DNA from: Spartobacteria bacterium
Lineage (GTDB): Bacteria; Verrucomicrobiota; Kiritimatiellia; RZYC01
Direction of reading: 5' to 3'
Assembly: GCA_009930475.1 (NCBI GenBank)
Contig: RZYC01000001.1
Coordinates: 17,062 to 81,061, forward strand
Length of the DNA stretch: 64,000 nucleotides
The translations under genes were made by a program, and so were the position numbers. Positions 60,473 to 64,000 of the stretch are shown here, piece after piece. The notes under the pieces were generated by a model. That model had not been told where the DNA came from. It saw only the letters and a program-made list of their open reading frames with translations, and searched no databases. Within the stretch, counting starts at the first letter, position 1; each line of letters begins with the position of its first letter.

Positions 60473-61168
60473 CTACACAGAAAGATATCCTTTTATCTTC
60501 TCTTCATTAATGGATCCTTTGGCATCCGAATGAATGATATTTCCCGATTCGATGACATACATATGATCGGCAATATCGATGGTAAAACTAAGCACCTGTT
60601 CGGTAACGATGATGGACAGGTTTTTTGACTGCTTGATCTGATTCAGCAAGTACGCGATATCCTTGATGATGGAGGGCTGAATGCCTTCCGTCGGTTCATC
60701 AAGAATCAGTACTTTCGGTTCTGAAACCAGAGCTCTCGCAATGGCCAGCTGCTGCTGCTGTCCGCCGGACAAGTTGCCGCCCTTTCGTTTACGCATATCG
60801 TAGAGCACATGAAACATGCTATAGGCATCGTTCATCAGTTCCGCCTTATGCGTCGATTTGGGATTGAGACCGGACAGAATATTTTCTTCAACGGTCAGTT
60901 TCGAGAAAATCTGCCGTCCCTGAGGCACATAGGCAATGCCGGCTTTGACGCGCCTACTGCTGTCCCAGGACGCCACATCGGTCTCATCCAGCATAACACG
61001 GCCGGATTTGGGCTTCACCACGCCGATGATACTTTTCATGAGAGTGGATTTTCCCATGCCGTTTTTGCCCATAATGGCAATCACTTGCCGGGGTTTCGCC
61101 TCAAAGGAAATGCCATGGATGACTTCACTCTGGCCATAGGCGACATGTAGATCTTTAATTGAGAGCAT
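60473..61168 (-). CDS. HAAT-family ABC transporter ATP-binding protein (LivF/UrtE-like)
   Basis: MLSIKDLHVAYGQSEVIHGISFEA…GKNGMGKSTL…LSGGQQQQLAIARAL is typical of LivF/UrtE. The start was set at ATG with an AAGGA RBS. Confidence 0.7.
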   Translation of the reverse strand: MLSIKDLHVAYGQSEVIHGISFEAKPRQVIAIMGKNGMGKSTLMKSIIGVVKPKSGRVMLDETDVASWDSSRRVKAGIAYVPQGRQIFSKLTVEENILSGLNPKSTHKAELMNDAYSMFHVLYDMRKRKGGNLSGGQQQQLAIARALVSEPKVLILDEPTEGIQPSIIKDIAYLLNQIKQSKNLSIIVTEQVLSFTIDIADHMYVIESGNIIHSDAKGSINEEKIKGYLSV

Positions 61169-61199
61169 TGGATTATTCCTTTCGCTTAAATCGACGGGA

Positions 61200-61943
61200 T
61201 CAGTGTCCGAGATAGACATCGATCACTTTTTCGTTTTTCTCTACGTCTTCCATAGAGCCTTCGGCCAATACTTTGCCCTGATGCATCACCGTGACGCGGT
61301 GAGCAATTTCACGAACAAAATTCATGTCATGCTCAATCACCAGCACCGAACGGTCTTTGCATATTTTATCCAGCAGGGCGGCCGTCTTATTGCGTTCGTC
61401 CACACTCATCCCAGCCACAGGTTCGTCCAGCATGAGCAGACGGGGGTCGGACATCAGCAGCATGCCGATTTCCAGCCACTGTTTTTGTCCGTGACTCAGC
61501 AGTTCACCCTGGGTCTCCAGTTTATCTTCGAGATAGATCATTTTGGCGACGGCACTGATGCGCTCCATGATTTCTTCATCACGCCTGAAGGCCAGAGCTC
61601 CCCAAACGCCGCGCCCTCTGGGATAAGAAACCTCCAGATTTTCGAACACCGACAACGCCGGGTAGATCGACGGCGTCTGGAATTTACGCCCGACACCCAC
61701 CTGAACGATCTTCTGTTCCGCCATCGTGGTCAGCTGGTACTTACCAAACTCAATGGAGCCGGAGGTGGGCTTGGTTTTCCCGCAGATCAGATCCAGCAGC
61801 GTCGTTTTACCCGCGCCATTAGGTCCGATGATCACATGCACCCGTCCCATTTCCAGATAGAGCGACACATTGTCTACGGCCTTAAATCCATCGAACGATA
61901 CCGTCAGGTTTTCTACCGAGAGAACATATTTAGTTAAGCTCAT
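61200..61943 (-). CDS. HAAT-family ABC transporter ATP-binding protein (LivG/UrtD-like)
   Basis: It begins MSLTKYVLSVENLTVSFDGFKAVDNVSL and has GPNGAGKTTL, LSHGQKQWLEIGM and VLVIEHDMNFV. Confidence 0.7.
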   Translation of the reverse strand: MSLTKYVLSVENLTVSFDGFKAVDNVSLYLEMGRVHVIIGPNGAGKTTLLDLICGKTKPTSGSIEFGKYQLTTMAEQKIVQVGVGRKFQTPSIYPALSVFENLEVSYPRGRGVWGALAFRRDEEIMERISAVAKMIYLEDKLETQGELLSHGQKQWLEIGMLLMSDPRLLMLDEPVAGMSVDERNKTAALLDKICKDRSVLVIEHDMNFVREIAHRVTVMHQGKVLAEGSMEDVEKNEKVIDVYLGH

Positions 61944-63118
61944 GACAGCTCCTTTCCTGCTTTGAACTTGCCCTGCATGGGACAGCTCCGTTTATCCATG
62001 CCCGTCCATTTCATGCATTTTGAACCGACGGTTCCGCCATACTGCTCAATCAGACCGGCCAGTCCATCCGAACAGACCACCGTGGTCAGGATGAAGACAC
62101 CACCCATGATAAACATCCACAGTTCGGGGAACTGTTCTGAAAAATAGGTGCGGCCAAAACTGACAATCAGCGTTCCGTATACGGCGCCCACCAGCGAACG
62201 GCGACCGCCCACCGCACAGAAGATCACCATGTAGATGGATGGCGCAATCGTCACCAGCTTCGGCGACATAAAGCCCACATTCAGGGTAAACATCGCGCCG
62301 CCCACAGCGGAAATAATGGCTGCAAAACAGAAGATAAACGTCTTGAAGTTGGAGACATCATAACCGGAAAACCGAACCCGATCCTCCATGTCACGAATCG
62401 CGACGAGAATCTGTCCCATTTTGCTGTGCAATATACGCTTGCTCACCAGAATACCGCCCAGTAGCAATACCACCGTAATAAAGTACAGGATCGTGTGCGC
62501 CGAATCCGTTCGAAGATCCCAGCCAAGGCAGGTGCGCAGGTCAGTGATTCCATTGATCCCGCCGGTCCAGCCCTGACGCGTCACAAACAGAATTTCCATG
62601 ATCCAGCAGAGCACCTGCGTGATGATCGCGAAATACACCCCGTTCACACGCCGTTTGAAAATGGCGATACTGATAATGTAAGCCAGAAGCCCGGGTACCA
62701 CCAACATGCAGATCAAGGTCAGCGGAAAGCTTTTGAAAGGATACCAGATGTAGGGTAGCTCGGTGACCTGATTCCAGTCCATGAAATCCGGCAGTCCGAC
62801 GGTTGTAAGTGCTTTAATCTGATCAGTCCCGGCTTCGGCAGCAATATTCTTTGCCGCTTCCAGTTTCAGGAAGGCGGCCATGCAGTAGCCGCCCAGGCCC
62901 CAGAATACGCCCTGACCCAGACTCAGTATGCCGCCATAGCCCCAGCAGAGCACCAGCCCCACGGCCACAAAGGCCAGACTCAGGTATTTTGCCAGCATGT
63001 TCAGACGAAAGCTGTCCAATGCCAGCGGGAACAGAATCAGCAGTACAATCGCCAGCAGGGTGAACGACGCAACGGCCGAGCGATCTTTGAAAAAGGTGAA
63101 ATTCGTTTTTTTGTCCAT
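61940..63118 (-). CDS. HAAT-family ABC transporter permease (LivM/UrtC-like, with N-terminal extension)
   Basis: It is 392 aa and polytopic, with a roughly 90-aa N-terminal extension, as in UrtC. Start and stop overlap the neighbouring genes by 4 nt. Confidence 0.7.
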   Translation of the reverse strand: MDKKTNFTFFKDRSAVASFTLLAIVLLILFPLALDSFRLNMLAKYLSLAFVAVGLVLCWGYGGILSLGQGVFWGLGGYCMAAFLKLEAAKNIAAEAGTDQIKALTTVGLPDFMDWNQVTELPYIWYPFKSFPLTLICMLVVPGLLAYIISIAIFKRRVNGVYFAIITQVLCWIMEILFVTRQGWTGGINGITDLRTCLGWDLRTDSAHTILYFITVVLLLGGILVSKRILHSKMGQILVAIRDMEDRVRFSGYDVSNFKTFIFCFAAIISAVGGAMFTLNVGFMSPKLVTIAPSIYMVIFCAVGGRRSLVGAVYGTLIVSFGRTYFSEQFPELWMFIMGGVFILTTVVCSDGLAGLIEQYGGTVGSKCMKWTGMDKRSCPMQGKFKAGKELS

Positions 63119-63155
63119 TTTATTTTCCTCTCAGACTGTGATGAGTTCGAAATGA

Positions 63156-64000
63156 TTATTTCCGGACTTTGTTAGAGATAAGACCCTGTGGACGCAGCAT
63201 GAGAATGATGACCACGGTCGTCAGCACCCAGACTTTCGCCAGAACACCGCTCAGGAAGAACTCAAGAATGGACTGCGCCTGGGCAATACCGAAGGCCGAG
63301 ATAATCGTGCCCAGTAAGCTGCCCGCTCCGCCGAAGACCACCACAATAAAGGTGTCGACGATATACAAGGATCCTGCGGCAGGTGAAACCGAACCAATGG
63401 TGGTAAAGGCCGCTCCGGCGATTCCTGCAATCCCGCAGCCCAGCGCAAAGGTCATGCGGTCGACGTTTTTCGTATTGATGCCCACGGCATTGGCCATCGT
63501 ACGATTCTGTACGGTAGCGCGAACACAGAGGCCCCAGCGTGAGCGATACATGAGCAGGCAGATAATCAGCGTCATCACGATGGCTGTCCCGAGCAGGAAT
63601 AGTCCATTTATGGGAATATCAATGCTGTCTGTCGGAGCCCAGGATCCCATCAGCCACTCCGGCAGCTCCGCGCTGTCTTCACGACCGCCGAAGATAAGAC
63701 GGAACCCCTGCTGCATAATCATGCTCACACCCCAGGTGGCCAGCAGTGTATCCAGCGCCCGGTTATACAGGTGCCGCACCAGCAGATATTCGACAATGTA
63801 GCCCAGAATAAAAGCCACAATGAAGGCCATGACAATGGCGAAAAAGAAATAATAAGGGCGCATGGCCGGACAGTACGTATTGACCAGATCGGACATGAGA
63901 ACTGTGGTATAGGCCCCGGCGGTAAGAAATTCGCCGTGAGCCATATTGATCACTTTCATCTGACCGAAAATAATCGCCAGCCCCAGTGCCATGAGGAGAA
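63156..64000 (-). CDS. HAAT-family ABC transporter permease (LivH/UrtB-like), with its 5' end beyond the window
   Basis: …MALGLAIIFGQMKVINMAHGEFLTAGAYT… is the conserved LivH/UrtB region. The ORF is open to the window edge. The gene order B-C-D-E matches urtBCDE. Confidence 0.65.
   Translation of the reverse strand, partial: LLMALGLAIIFGQMKVINMAHGEFLTAGAYTTVLMSDLVNTYCPAMRPYYFFFAIVMAFIVAFILGYIVEYLLVRHLYNRALDTLLATWGVSMIMQQGFRLIFGGREDSAELPEWLMGSWAPTDSIDIPINGLFLLGTAIVMTLIICLLMYRSRWGLCVRATVQNRTMANAVGINTKNVDRMTFALGCGIAGIAGAAFTTIGSVSPAAGSLYIVDTFIVVVFGGAGSLLGTIISAFGIAQAQSILEFFLSGVLAKVWVLTTVVIILMLRPQGLISNKVRK

Overview
This 64 kb chromosomal window most likely comes from an anaerobic Gram-negative bacterium, possibly of the PVC superphylum (Lentisphaerae, Verrucomicrobia or Kiritimatiellae-like). 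The evidence for that placement is a gspH-I-J-K-like pseudopilin cluster, an H+-pyrophosphatase, an anaerobic oxidative-stress operon and roughly 52-55% GC, and confidence is low. ORF starts were re-derived by hand because the supplied ORF track also uses GTG and TTG starts, so several ends differ from the track.

Recognisable housekeeping genes are tsaD, a PBP5-like D-Ala-D-Ala carboxypeptidase, a small SRP RNA directly upstream of dnaX, hemW, a K+-insensitive-type H+-pyrophosphatase, a TrmJ-like methyltransferase, tRNA-Ala(GGC), ftsK, a urea/branched-chain-type ABC transporter that runs off the window end, and a gldA-F-G plus DUF4340 ABC module.

Five things stand out:
(1) Four diverged paralogs of a large (~330 aa) RAYT/IS200-like Y1 HUH transposase, each with a conserved C-terminal extension of unknown function. 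A family of 25-bp palindromic REP-like repeats (AAAAGTTCCAATGATTGGAACTTTT) occurs as triplet clusters at five sites. Two clusters flank one RAYT paralog, and one cluster is translated in frame as the C-terminal tail of a chemoreceptor.
(2) A two-component operon whose histidine kinase carries an N-terminal ABC-transporter ATPase domain (CUT2 sugar-ATPase type) in front of PAS, HisKA and HATPase domains. It is translationally coupled to a sigma-54 response regulator and sits beside an MCP and two paralogous sugar ABC transporter operons.
(3) An oxidative-stress operon (thioredoxin-like protein, flavodiiron protein, ptsI, desulfoferrodoxin, ferritin, rubredoxin, rubredoxin reductase) with PTS Enzyme I embedded in it. 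Separately, an HPr-like gene is translationally coupled inside the gld-like ABC operon.
(4) A eukaryotic-type (Aro7-like) chorismate mutase.
(5) A diverged ~600-bp segmental duplication bracketing RAYT paralog 2. It includes a relic copy of the 5' end of a membrane-anchored Hsp20-like gene; the intact downstream copy carries a near-perfect sigma-54 promoter.

There is also a Fic-family pseudogene remnant, and three orphan flagellar-type genes (flgL, a Maf/DUF115-like protein, a GT2 glycosyltransferase). No CRISPR array was found.
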